Shown here one piece after another: positions 42,258 to 55,754 of a stretch of 64,000 nt of DNA (positions within the stretch are counted from its first letter, which is position 1; each line of letters opens with the position of its first letter). This DNA comes from Neocallimastix sp. 'constans' (Eukaryota), in NCBI GenBank assembly GCA_050613775.1, contig JBODTK010000013.1, positions 1,426,001-1,490,000 of the forward strand, in the 5' to 3' direction. The position numbers and the translations under genes are program-made. The notes under the pieces are model-generated. The model saw only the letters and a list, made by a program, of their open reading frames with translations, was not told the origin of the DNA and searched no databases.

Positions 42258-43764
42258 AACAATTCTTGATTCTTAATAATATTGAATTACTCATTATGTT
42301 AACTAACTACTATTCTATACACACCATTACATTTTTTTTTATACATTCAGATAGATTAAGCAAAATTTGAAATATTTTAAAATATGTTAAATACCATACA
42401 TTGTAAATATAATGTTACTTATCCTAATAGAATAGTCATATATATAAAATATTAAATTAAAATTCCAATCATATATTTGACCAATAAAATTGTAAAGTTG
42501 AAGTGATAAGTAAATTGAAAAGGACATAATATATGAAATGAACAAATAACTTCAATCATACCAAAATATTCATTTAAATTATCATACATTTAATTCCATA
42601 AATTCAAAAATTACTATAATAGTTATTAATATAAGAGAAACACAGAATAAGTAAATATCAGTATTAATATATACAATAAAATATATTCTACTTTAAAAGA
42701 GGTTAAACAACACACATTCATTATATCTACTAGTATTCCAAATAATAGTAGAATAAACAACATTAATTTACAATTAACTTAGAATTAATGTATAATAAAT
42801 TACTTATAAATGAAAAAAATTATAATTAACTTGAAGTTAATTAATCTCACATAATATTGCACAAATTTATAATATATTATTAAACAATGAAGCATATATA
42901 CTTAATTTTATCTGAATATACTTAATAGCTACTGCTTCACTACAAAGCAGATATTCGAAGGAGGATATCACTAAGTACTAACAAATATAAGAATAAGTAC
43001 ATATTATTCATAGATAAAATAGAAATGCATAGTGTGAAATGAGCATATTCTACAACAATTATATTAATTGATTATCTAACGTGAAATGGGTATTTTCAAT
43101 TATATTTAATATAATATCATGATTTAACTTAGCGTGAAATGAGTGTAATCATAGATAATAATAATAGATGGTGTAAGGCCTTCGTTAGAAAGGGTTCCAT
43201 CAATAATGGTATAACATCTTCATAGAAAATATTATATTTAACTCCTCATATTGCCACTTAAGATAATGCGCGCTATAGCCGCTATTGGTTTTCATTCCAA
43301 TTAAACGAGCGGGTAGTTCAATATAAAACTGAACTGATAATATTACATAAATACACTTCAGAATACTTTCATGAAAAGTATGGTGCAATTATTCATAAAT
43401 AATATCAAACCCAATTTAAAATTTTCATTTACAAATCAATATATTTTGATTCAAGGAGGAATAATGGTTGTCGAAAATTTATATATAACTGACCAGAAAA
43501 AAACGCATATCAAAGTTTTTTTATCCATAATAAAATATAAAGGTTTTTAAGATGTTTAACCGCAAACATGTCAAATTATAATAGGGTAATAATATAGTTG
43601 TTAAAATGAATTAACTAATATATACATTAGAATATAAACTTTAAAATTAATGAAAGTTAAATTATAGCATTTAAAATTAATTAATAGTTAGAAAAATAGT
43701 TCAAGTATACATATTCGCCAGCAAACCAAATTATTCTTTCGGAATAACTAGGTTTGAAGGGGAA

Positions 43765-43976
43765 TGCTAGAATATGTGAAACATATGAAAATAGTGTCAA
43801 ATGTATTTATAATGTATTGACGCATATTGTATTAAATTGAATGTATAAGCCCGATTTATATATATAAATACATGTAAATTGTATATAGAATTATACATTG
43901 GTAATTCTTGAGTAACTCTTTTTCATAAAATATATTAATAAAATTGAAATAAATATAAACTATAAATTCCTAACTC

Positions 43977-43982
<6 letters not shown>
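43765..43982 (+). repeat. 3' LTR, preceded by polypurine tract 43756-43764
   Basis: GAAGGGGAA|TGCTAGAATATGTG...CCTAACTCTTAATA; homologous to the left LTR. Confidence 0.85.
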
Positions 43983-44011
<29 letters not shown>

Positions 44012-44096
44012 TAATAATAATAATAATTAATAATAATAATAATTAATAATAATAATAATTAATAATAATAAAATAATAATTAATAATAATAATAAT

Positions 44097-44185
<89 letters not shown>
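43983..44185. repeat. (TAA)n microsatellite
   Basis: Directly visible; a shorter (TAA)n also flanks the left LTR. Confidence 0.95.
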
Positions 44186-44188
<3 letters not shown>

Positions 44189-44513
44189 ATTTTGAGAAGT
44201 TAAATAAATAAATAAAATAATTATAATAATTTTTAATTAATATATATATATATAAAAGTATTAAATAGGATCAATTAAATATGATAAATATCAATATTAC
44301 GTACTATTCACTAAAATATAAAAAATGTTTTAATATTAATCATTGAATTTATATTTCTTATTCAAATCTTATTCAGGCTTTTTTTTTTTTTTTTTTTTTC
44401 TAATATACTTTTTAAATAAATAAATTTGTATATTAATAAATTAATTTCAAAATTTGTATTTGTAAATATATTATATATTATTTTTTTAAATATAAATTTA
44501 TGTATATATGTTT

Positions 44514-44573
44514 AAAGTTTGCAATAATTTTGGTTATATGTATATATATATAACCAAAATTATTGAAAACTTT
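44514..44573. repeat. Near-perfect 60-bp palindrome
   Basis: AAAGTTTgCAATAATTTTGGTTATAT-(TA-rich centre)-ATATAACCAAAATTATTGaAAACTTT. Confidence 0.9.
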
Positions 44574-44719
44574 ATTTATTTATTTATTTATTAAAATTAC
44601 ATGAACATTTTATGATATAAAAAACACTCAATTAATAATAATAATAATAATAAATAATAATAATAATAAAAAAGTATTATATGTCCAATTAGAACATAAT
44701 AATATTTAAAATAGTAATA

Positions 44720-45296
44720 TTTTTTTTTTTTTTTTTTTTTTAGACTAAGAGAATAACTTTATTTAATTTATAATAATAATAATAATAATAAAATTACATG
44801 AATTAAATGAAAAATAACAAATAAAACACATGAAATAAAATATTATATATTATTAAATTATAAAAGTGCGTTAGAAGCAATAGCCTCTAACTTTTCCCAT
44901 TCCTCGATGATAACACCACGTCCATTATTATGAGTAATAATTTCAGTATTAGTGTTATCAAACGAATCTGTATCTGGAGGTGAAAATCCATGCCTTATCA
45001 TTTCGACGTTGACGCTCTTAGCAACGGTAGATTCAATGGAATACAATTTCATCATCAATCGAAAAGATCGACAAATTAATGGTATTACATTTATTAGAAA
45101 CTTCGCAATCCCCACAAAATATGGAACAGTTGACGAAGTTGAACTTTGTTTAAAAATATTGTCAACTAATTGTCTTTGTTCCCCATCATTAACTTTAATT
45201 TTTGAATATATTGAACGCCCGCCAAGAAGAGCACTCAATATATAATAATAAAAATTATTATCATAATCCTTCTCTGAATCTAAAGAAACATCCAAG
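44720..45296 (-). mobile_element. LINE family B, 5'-truncated 3' fragment with poly(A) tail
   Basis: Open 145-codon remnant 44858..45295 highly similar to the 39.9-40.4 kb copy; 3' end AATAAAGTTATTCTCTTAGTCT plus ~22 A. Confidence 0.92.
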
Positions 45297-45852
45297 GATT
45301 AGCTAAAATAGTAATGTGAAATAAAAATATAGTTACTAATAATGTAATAATAGGTCAATTGGATTAATAATATTGTTCCAAATAATGCAATAAGTCTATT
45401 GGAATAATAATATTATTAAATATTTAAAAAATAAAGATAATATATTATGTTTCCTTTTTTGTTTACTCTTTTTTATTTATTTTTCCTATAAAAAAATTTA
45501 ATTTTAAACAACCTTTTTATTATAATAGAAAATAACACTTAATTATCATAATATTTATAATTATAAATAACTTCTTTGTATTTATGAATATGATTTTATT
45601 TTAAAATGAATTTTTTTTTTTTTGTTTTTTTACATGAATTCATTTTATTTAAAAAATATATATATACAATATATACTTCTCTAAATAAAATTTATATAAA
45701 ATAAATATAATAAAATTTTTGATATTACTTTCGCTTAATAATTATGTATTTGTTTAAAAGATAATGAAAACCGATTTTTTTTTTATTTATTAAATAAAAA
45801 GTTCAAAAAATTGTTGTAATAGAAAAGGAATATGAAATTCAATAATTTAAAT

Positions 45853-46594
45853 TTACTTTCTGTTAACCTTTTCTAAAACAGTTTCGTAGGAGGCTTCAGC
45901 TAAGTCAGTGCATTGGACTTCGATGTAAATACCATCGAGCTTCTTCTTGATAGCTTCCTTGGTGGCAGCGTAAACCATCTTCATCTTAATTCTAGCAACG
46001 TCTGGAGACCAAGTATAGAAGACAATTTTAGATCTTTTACCACCTTCTTCGTTAGTGTATTCGAAATCGTATACAGCATAACGACAGTTATCACTTGGAA
46101 GTTCTTCTAAGAAGGCATCGTAATCAGCTTTTTCTCCGGTCTTTTCGACTTCGACTTCCTTAAGGTTGTCAGAAATCTTGTAAATAATGTACTTTAATTT
46201 ACGACCGAGCTTTAAATCTTGGTAAACTGAGTAACATTCATCCTTAACACCAACTCCTGAAGCAGCCTGTTTATTAAATGATTATTTATTTATAAATAAT
46301 AGAAAATTATATTATTTTTTATTAATAATTTCATAAAAATAAATTAATTAGTTTTAACTATTTAACTTTTTAATTTATATTTAAAAATAATTATATCTTT
46401 AATAAATATTTATAATTTTATATCCTTTAATTAATATGGATAATAATTTTCATTTATTAAATATTTTATCAACTAAAATTTATTTTTATTCATGTTTATA
46501 TATTTTATGTTTTTTTTGCGTATATTATTTTTTTTTTTAATTTTTAAATATAAAACTAATATATAATTTTTTATATATATTTTTTATTTACCAT
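45853..46594 (-). CDS. COF1: Cofilin/ADF; exon 1 = ATG only (46594-46592), exon 2 = 46266-45853
   Basis: M|AASGVGVKDECYSVYQDLKLGRKLKYIIYKIS..CRYAVYDFEY..RSKIVFYTWSPDVARIKMKMVYAATKEAIKKKLDGI..EVQCTD; ATG|GTAAAT..ACAG intron. Confidence 0.97.
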
Positions 46595-47139
46595 TTTATT
46601 ATTTGATTTTTATTAGTTTTTTAAAAATTATAAATAGATAGTTTAATATAAAATTTTTATGATAATAGAAAAAAAAAAAAAAAAAGAAAAAATTTTGTCC
46701 TTTTATATGATTTTAGAATTTCTGAAAATAATTAATTAATTAAAAGACTTATTATTGGATAGTTTAAAACCTTTTAACCTAAAATAGGAGCATTAATATA
46801 GAAAATATTTATATATGGAATTATGAATATTTCTATTTTACATTATACATATTTTAATATTATATAATTAATTATAATTTATTATTTTAATAGTTATTTT
46901 TTTTTTAAAAAAAAAAAAAAAATCAATAGGATAGGATTCATCATTATAAATTCTCTTAATTACATTTAATTTAATTAATATTTATTAAAAGAAGAATAAA
47001 AATGTTGTTATTTTTAACATTATTTTATTATTATATATATAATTGTAATTCTTATTGATTATTATATATATTTACTATTATTACTATTATAATAATATAA
47101 TTTATAAATATAATGTTAAAAATAGCAATAATAGTAATT

Positions 47140-47510
47140 ATAAATAATAAATAAATAATGAATAATGAATAAAAAATAATAAATAATAAATAATAAATAA
47201 ATAATAAATAATAAATAATAAATAATAAATAATAAGTAATAAATAATAAATAATGAATAATGAATAATGAATAATGAATAATAAATAATGAATAATGAAT
47301 AATAAATAATAAATAATAATAAATAATAAATAATGAATAATGAATAATAAATAATAAATAATAAATAATAAATAATAAATAATAAATAATAAATAATAAA
47401 TAATAAATAATAAATAATAAATAATAAATAATAAATAATAAATAATAAATAATAAATAATAAATAATAAATAATAAATAATAATTAAATAAATAATAATT
47501 AATTAATAAT
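47140..47510. repeat. (AATAAAT/AATGAAT)n heptamer satellite
   Basis: Directly visible. Confidence 0.9.
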
Positions 47511-48459
47511 TTAAAAAAAAATAAAAATAAAACGAGATTTGACTATAAGATAATATAAATAAAATTAACAATTTAATACATTTAATAAATTACAAAATAC
47601 AATGAAATAAATTAATTTTTATTAAATTTATAAAATTTAATAAAAAACAGATATAGTCTAATATATAGAATTCTTTTTTTTATCCTTTTTTTATTTGTTT
47701 TTTATCTTATTTTATGTTTATTTAACATATTTATTAATATCAAATCAAAATATTATTTATATTTCTATTTCTATTTATTTTATTTATTACTAAATTTGTA
47801 CTACAATTATATTACTGTTATATAATAATATATATTATCAACATATAAGCAAAATAAAGGGATATATGTAACATTGATATATTTTTTTACAAAATTATTG
47901 AATAAACATAAATTAAATTTAATATATTAATATCAAATCAGTAACTATAATATATTGTAATTAAATATGTTATGTTATACCCCATATATCTATTAGTTAA
48001 AACTATATATTAATAGAGTATTACATAATATATTAAATATTTATTGATTAAAAATTAAAATGTAATTAGAGTAAATAAAAAGGGAATAATTAAAATATGT
48101 AGTAAATTGATTAATAGAACTTTAATATATAATCGTTGAGTAGCAAAACAATTGAAATATATGGAATTGAAATGAATATATGAATATAAATGATTAATTT
48201 AAATAAATTAAATACATCATAAATATATTAATTTATATCTAGGTTTAAACTTTATTTGATAATTAAAAAAATATAATAAATATCAAATCATTATTATTAT
48301 TACTTATTTATTTATATTTATTTTATTTATTTATTATATGAAATATATTCTACTTTTAAATTTACCATATTCAAAAATAAAAATACCATATTTACGAAAA
48401 TAAAAATGTTTAAATATGGAAATTATTTTGGAATGCTAGTTATCAATATTTCATTATAA

Positions 48460-48554
<95 letters not shown>

Positions 48555-50394
48555 AAAAAAAGAATCCAGAATACTAATATTTAATTTATTTCTAATTAAA
48601 GTACCTTTTTTTTTATTTGTTAATTAATTGAAAATATAAATATAAAGTTGAGATTTTCGATTATTTATAAATAAAATTTTTTATATTTTTTAGGAATTTT
48701 TTTTACTGAGAATTAATGAAATATTACTGAAAGCTTTTTTTTTTTTTTTTTTGGAAAAAAGAGTAAACAATAATATTTATTATTTATCATTTTGCATTTA
48801 TAATTATTGCTCTTAAACACGTTTTTAAATAAAGTAATAAATAATGAAAATAAAGAATAAAAATAATTGCCTGTAAAAGAACACTAGATAATAATTTTAA
48901 TTTTATTTTCTAAATTATTTATAATTATATATAAATTTATTTATAGAAAATAGAAATATATATTATTATTTTAATTATAATTTTTTATTTTTATTTTATT
49001 ATTATTTTAATTATATTATTATTTTTCATTTTTATTTTAATTATATTATTATTTTTCATTTTTATTAATTCTGTATTTATTAATTATTGATCTATTCTAC
49101 TCTTTCTTAAAAAGGCAATATTATATAAAAAGGATAAAAATAGAAATAAATATTCAATTTAATTATAATAAAAATAATAATAATAAATATAAAATTTTTA
49201 AATAATAATAATAATTATAATTATAATAAAAATTAAGGTAAAATATAAATGATTAATTAAATTATGATATATTTAATTATATATAATAATATAATAAAGA
49301 CTATAATAAAATATAATAAATGTTTATATATTAAATGTTGATTTAAATTTAAATTTAACAATTCAAAAAAAATTTATATATAATATACTTAATAGATATA
49401 ATAGATAATATATAAGATAATAATTCTATATAAAATCTGTAATAAATGTCATTAATAGTTTAATCAAATGCTTAATTATATTCCATCAATAGTAATTATG
49501 CTTTTAAATATACTCTAATATAAATAAGATAGTTACAAAAAAGGAAATAAAATTGATAAAATTTAAAATTTTGAATGTTTAATTTAATATTCAAAATTAA
49601 ATTAAATTAAATTAAAAAAAAAAAAAAATAATCAAAAAAAATCTAAAATAAAATAAAATTTTTTATTCTATATAAGAATTTTTTTTTTTTTTAAAATTAA
49701 ATTTCTGTATAAGCTTTCGAGGATGATGATGATGGTTGCTTATTTCTCATAAGTAATATTAATAAATGAAAAAAAGGATAAAAAAAAAAGAGAAAAACCT
49801 TTCTAAATAATAGAAATGAATAAAAAAAAGGAAAGATAAATAGTTAAAGGAAAAAAAATTGTTGATTGTATAAAAATTTATTTTTTATTCAAGCAACAAA
49901 TATATATATATATATATTCTTTTTCTTCTAATAAATTATTAGATTTTCTATTTGTTCCATGTTTAAGAATATGACCCTTCCAAGAAAATTATAAGGGAGA
50001 GTATTCAATCAATTTAAGAAGAAGAATTAAATGGACTGGTTCATTACAAAAGCATTTACCAATGATAAAAATCCTATTAAATAAAAATATTTTATTTTTA
50101 TTTTTTTATTTTTATTTTTTGATATTATCATTTCATTCCTATGTATAATTTGGTTTATATTTATAATAATGCTAATTAATTTGTCAATCCCTTTTTATAT
50201 TAAAATATAGTTATAACTGAATGAAACAACTACTTATATATTACCTCTAACATTCAGAGTAGTTGGTATATATAAATTCTTGTACCGTTGTGAGACTAAA
50301 TATCCAAATGAATCTATTCAAGATACAATATGTTAAGCAGTTATATCTTTATTAATTATTGTTAAAGAATCAGTAGAATACTTAAATTCAGTTA

Positions 50395-50820
50395 TACCTA
50401 ATAATAGATTATAGATTTTTATTTTATTTTATTTTATTTTATTTTTTTTTTTTTTTTTTTTTTTTATATATTAAAATAAATAAGGATTAAAGCAATTTAT
50501 TTTTTTACTTATTTTTTGTTTTTTTTATTAATACAGTCAAAATTAAATATATATATACAGTTAAACCTAAATAATATAAATAAGCGAAGTAATAGATTAT
50601 AGATTTTTATTTTATTTTAATTTACTTTTATTTTTATTTTTTCATATTAAAATAAATAAGGATTAAAGCAATTTATCTTTTCTTTTTTTTTTTTTTTTTT
50701 ATTATTACAGTCAAAATTAAATATATATAAACAATTTATATATATATATATATATGCAGTAAAACCTAAATAATATAAATAAACGAAATAATAGATTATA
50801 GATTTTTATTTTATTTTATC

Positions 50821-50855
<35 letters not shown>

Positions 50856-51015
50856 TATTATCATTTATTATTATTACAATTAATATTTAATATAAATAAG
50901 CGAAATAATAGATTGTAGATTTTTATTTTATTTTATTTTCATATTAAAAAAAAAATAAATTGTTTTAATCCTTATTTATTTTTATTATTATAGTCAAGAT
51001 TAAATATATATATTG
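50395..51015. repeat. Tandem ~130-200-bp repeat, 4 partial copies, last with an internal inversion
   Basis: 'taatagatt(a/g)tagatttttattttatt' at ~50402, 50590, 50788 and 50906; block taaaataaataaggattaaagcaatttat appears reverse-complemented at ~50956-50985. Confidence 0.8.
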
Positions 51016-51152
51016 AAGTATTTAAATATCTAATTAAAAAATACTTTTATATTATAAAATTTTATAACAACATTTAAATATATATAGTAAGGCTTATTAT
51101 CTTTTCATTTATATACAACTCTTTAAAGAATATTTTAATTTATTTATTTATT

Positions 51153-51193
<41 letters not shown>

Positions 51194-51684
51194 ATTTGAA
51201 ATTAATATAATAGAGTTAATTATACAAGATGATTCTAATAAAATATAATCAAATATATAATTGAAAATTTTTAAGTGGAATACTTTTTTAAATAGTTGGC
51301 ATTCCTAATTTTATTATTATTATTATTATTATGTTGAATAAGAACAATATATATGATTTATGATATTCATAAAAAATAGAATATATTTTCTTAAATAATA
51401 TGTCGAATATTGATGAAATGAATAAATTTTAATAAAATTTGATATATAAAATAATTATAAAACTGATTATAAATATTTTTCTTTTATATTAATTATTTTA
51501 TCATCATTAAAAACAAAATATTTTTTTTTTTTTACAATGAATAAAAAATAGAATGATAATAGGTAAATAGGAAGAGAGTAAAAATAGTATATATATATAT
51601 ATTATAAACTGATAAATCTATTTTATGTGTTAATCACTTTTATTAAATTGCTTAATCATTTACTTATTTTCTCCTTTGAATGGA

Positions 51685-52531
51685 TTAATTACATTTACCA
51701 TAAAGAGTTTGGCATCCATTATCACAGTAATCAGAAATGGTACCACAGTAACCATATTTACTACAACATTGACCTTACAATTTCCATAGTTCTTACCACA
51801 TTTACCTTTTGAAGAAGTAGGAGAAGAGTTCTTACTGGTAGTACTCTTTTTAGTAGTAGTAGTAATCTTTTTAATAGTGGTAGCCTTTTTTGTAGTAGTA
51901 GTTTTTTCATTAGTGGTAGTCTTTTTTGTAGTAATCTTTTTTATTGTAGTATTCTTTTTTTGAAGTAGTAACCTTTTTTGTAGTAGAATTCTTTTTTGTA
52001 GTCATTTTTGTAGTAATATTCTCTTTTGAAGTCTTATTCTTTATTGTAGTTGTAGTCTTTTTTGTAGTAGTAGTTTTTTCATTAGTGGTAGTCTTTTTTG
52101 TAGTAATCTTTTTTATTGTAGTATTCTTTTTTTGAAGTAGTAACCTTTTTTGTAGTAGAATTCTTTTTTGTAGTCATTTTTGTAGTAATATTCTCTTTTG
52201 AAGTCTTATTCTTTATTGTAGTTGTAGTCTTTTTTGTAGTAGTAGTTTTTTTTAGTTGTGGCAATTTTTTTAGTAGTGATTTTGTTATTGTTATAAAGTT
52301 TTACTTCTTTATCATTTATTAACCTATTTATTATAATAAATTAATAGAATTATTAAAAATTTCATAAATTCTTCTTTTAATAAATAATATTATGGTAATT
52401 TACAAATTTCCAATATTACTATTACTTTGGAACCATTCCACTTCTTTATTATTTTTGTAACAAAATTTAATATTTCTATTCATTTATATATTTTACTATA
52501 GTTAAAAAGTATATCTATTTTATCTATTTAT

Positions 52532-52579
<48 letters not shown>

Positions 52580-53038
52580 TTATCTATCTATATATATATA
52601 TATTACATTTCACTTACAGAGTACCAATTTTTTAAATTTGAAAGATCTTCAAAACAACTTTTAAATCAAATCTATAGAGGGTTCCTTATGATTTATATTT
52701 AAAAACAAATTTGTATATATATTAAGATAAAAATAAAAATAAAAATAAATAATAATAAATAAATAAATGAATATTGTTAATTTTTATTATATGTATTAAT
52801 ATTAATTATTTATGGAAATTTGCTGTATATTTACAATTTCCTCAAATTTATCAATTTAATTCATTAAAAAATTTATAAATATAATCATTTATCATTTATC
52901 ATTTATATATTTTTTATAAAACTTACAATTTTTCAAGATTAGTAAGACTAGAAATTATATCATCAAATTTGGATGAAAATCCAGTTAATCCCAAAGTACT
53001 TTATAATACCAATAAATTCATAATATTAGTAATATTTG

Positions 53039-53101
<63 letters not shown>

Positions 53102-53470
53102 TTTTTTTGTAAAATGAAGAAAAAATACTATTTACTTATGCTTTATATATAGTTTGTTAACAATATCTATCACTTAATATATTTATTTTTATAATTATTA
53201 ATCCATTTACTTAGAGATTCTTTACACTTTCAAAGTACTTTATGTTTTCAACATCAAATCCGTTAAAAAGACGTTCTCCCTAGGAACAACCTATTTGAGT
53301 TGATTCAACTTGGCTATAAAGACAATATTTTAAAAGATTAATATGAAAAAAAAAAAAAAAGATATTCAATTTAAAAATTAAATTAAATTTACTCACAGTT
53401 CTTGAAGTTTTTTAAGATTTCCTAATGACTTGAAAGTTAAGCCTTTAGTTTCGCAATCATAAATTTTTCT
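51685..53470 (-). pseudogene. 3' half of LRR + Thr/Lys-rich linker + CBM18 chitin-binding gene (frameshifted)
   Basis: Short LRR exons (KIYDCETKGLTFKSLGNLKKLQEL; TLGLTGFSSKFDDIISSLTNLEKL) with GT..AG borders, KKTTTTKK linker, and terminal GKCGKNYGNC-(frameshift)-QCCSKYGYCGTISDYCDNGCQTLYGKCN*. Confidence 0.85.
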
Positions 53471-54296
53471 GTATAAGAATGGAGGCTGTGTTTTCCTTCA
53501 ATGTCTATCTTTCTTTTCTTCTTGTCATCAAAGTTCATCCTAATGAATTATTTTGTTTTGTTGTCACCTTTTAATCATTTCTTTGATTACTACATTTTAT
53601 GTGTAATATATATCAGTGGTTTCTTTCATCTTAATGCATTTTTCGACTTGGAAGTCAGGTGATTTACTGTTTATAATTTTTATGATTGTATGCATCCAAG
53701 TTTTCGATAGATAATAATAGGTCCATATCTGAGGACTATAATATTCTACTATCAGCTTACTTTTTTTCGGTGGCAAGTGTTAATTATTATAAAATCATTG
53801 TTCTTATTTTCTATTTTTGAAATTTTTTTGAAATTTCAAGTTTAATGATCACGATCTTATATTTCAATTGAGAATAAATTTTAATAAAACGATTTCAATT
53901 ATGTTATTTTACCATTCTTTATTTATGATAAATATTAATATAATGATATAATAACTCAGGAAATCCTTGAGTCAATGAGACTTTTAATCTGATTAAAATA
54001 TTAGTTGTTATGTTTATTTATTTATTATATTATTATCCTTAGAAAGTATAATTAATGCATATAATTATACTTTCTAAGATTATAAAAAACATTATTATGC
54101 ATAATTATTTATATTTTATATGATTTATCGTAATAATTATATGTATTAAACTTACGTAGTATGACGTGCATTATATTACACTTACATATGCTTTATATGG
54201 TAATATTAATTATTCACTATAAAATATTAATAAAATAATAAAATATATATATATCCTAAACTTTATTTTCTAATATGATTTATTCAAGATTGTTAT

Positions 54297-54328
<32 letters not shown>

Positions 54329-54726
54329 GAACATTAATTTTCATTTTCAGGGTTAAGGAAGAATTTCTTTAATTTTTAATTTAAAATTTATTTAATTTAA
54401 AGCAATATATTTATTTATTATTAAATTGAGTCTAAAAATATTACCGATTCATGTATTATGGTAAGAATTCTGTGCTAACATATGATTGGTTAATACTGTA
54501 ATAATTAAATTAATTCTTGATTTACCAAAAATTTCTTTATTACAGTATTTTATAATATAAAATTTATTAAGTATTAAATATATCAAAAATATGCTAATAA
54601 GTTTAATTATTAATAATATAAAATGTGAAAGATAAAGAAATAATTTTTTTTTTATTCTTCTTTATTTATTTTATACTTCAGTTTAGGTATAGAAAGTTTA
54701 AAGTACAAAAATAAAATAAAAAAAAA

Positions 54727-55607
54727 TGAACATTAATTGGATATATTATTTGGTAACTTATGCCCTTTTAGTGGCAGTAACAACAGCAAGTGATTGTACC
54801 GAAATTAAAAATAAGTTGAAAAAAGCATTAGGTGATTGACGGTGAAGATGAATTTATAAATGAGCAAATTCGTACTTGTAAGGAAAACATTGAAGGAAAA
54901 GTTATATCTTTGTAAGTCAGTCATTTTAATAAAATAAAAATTGTTTATTGAATGGTAAAGTAAGAATTAATATATATATTGACAAATATATTTTACATTC
55001 CTTCTTATAGAGATTTATCTTCCTTTATAAATGTAAATGAATTGAAGAAATTTGTTGTTTATGATATACTTACTAACCTGTATATAGATTTATATTTAAA
55101 CATTTACATGTTTATTGTAAAAAAAAATTAAAAAGATTAATTGTTCATTTCGTATTTTATAATAGTCTTTTGGAATATAGAAGTGATATATCAGATTTAA
55201 AAGATAATGAAAATTGGGCTTCATTATTTGATGAAATCACATAATTAACCAACTTGGAAAAATTGTAATAGTTTATTACATATAATACCCTATTAAAATA
55301 ATATCGTTATGTAGAATATAATGTAATCACATATTAATTGTTTAAATTTTTATTATATATAGATATTTTATATTAAATAATAAAGATGTTAGTCAAACCA
55401 GGTATAAACGAGAAGATGGTTTTATTCACAAAGGTGTAATAAAGAAATTACAAAAATTAAAAAAAAAAAATTGTAAATTTATGTTAATAATTGATATAGA
55501 TATTAATATTTTTAATTATTCGTGTATAATATAGGGAATTAGCATATCTTGAATTAATACAAGAAAACATTGAAGATATCTCTACTTTGTCCAACCTTGA
55601 ATATTTG
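54727..55607 (+). pseudogene. 5' half of a secreted LRR gene (frameshifted), no 3' part downstream
   Basis: Signal peptide MNINWIYYLVTYALLVAVTTA-SDCTEIK, stop/frameshift at ~54838, then ..TCKENIEGKVISL|gt and further short exons ending ELAYLELIQENIEDISTLSNLEYL|gtatgt. Confidence 0.75.
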
Positions 55608-55754
55608 TATGTTGATTTTTAAATAATAATTTATTTTATCTTTATTTAAAAATAAATAATATAAAATTATAAACATGCATATTATTCAATCATCATAATA
55701 ATTATTCAACTTTTTTTAATAATGAATATTATATTATTATATTTTCATTTAATA

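Larger units (their letters stand above)
40674..43982 (+). mobile_element. Non-autonomous Ty1/copia-like LTR element carrying a cargo gene
   Basis: Direct repeats 40674-41339 (interrupted by a SINE) and 43765-43982 start TG(T/C)TAGAATATGTGAAA and end CTAACTC(G/T)TAATA; PBS-like GATTAAGAATCTCAG follows the left LTR; purine tract TTGAAGGGGAA abuts the right LTR; ATAAT flanks both ends; no recognisable gag-pol. Confidence 0.8.

Noticed and set aside
45913..46110. 65-aa plus-strand ORF
   Set aside because: Antisense shadow of cofilin exon 2; likewise the small ORFs overlapping the LINE, cyclin, LYS2 and MFS genes.
49960..50340. Possible exon remnants
   Set aside because: Stops in the plausible frames and no recognisable family.
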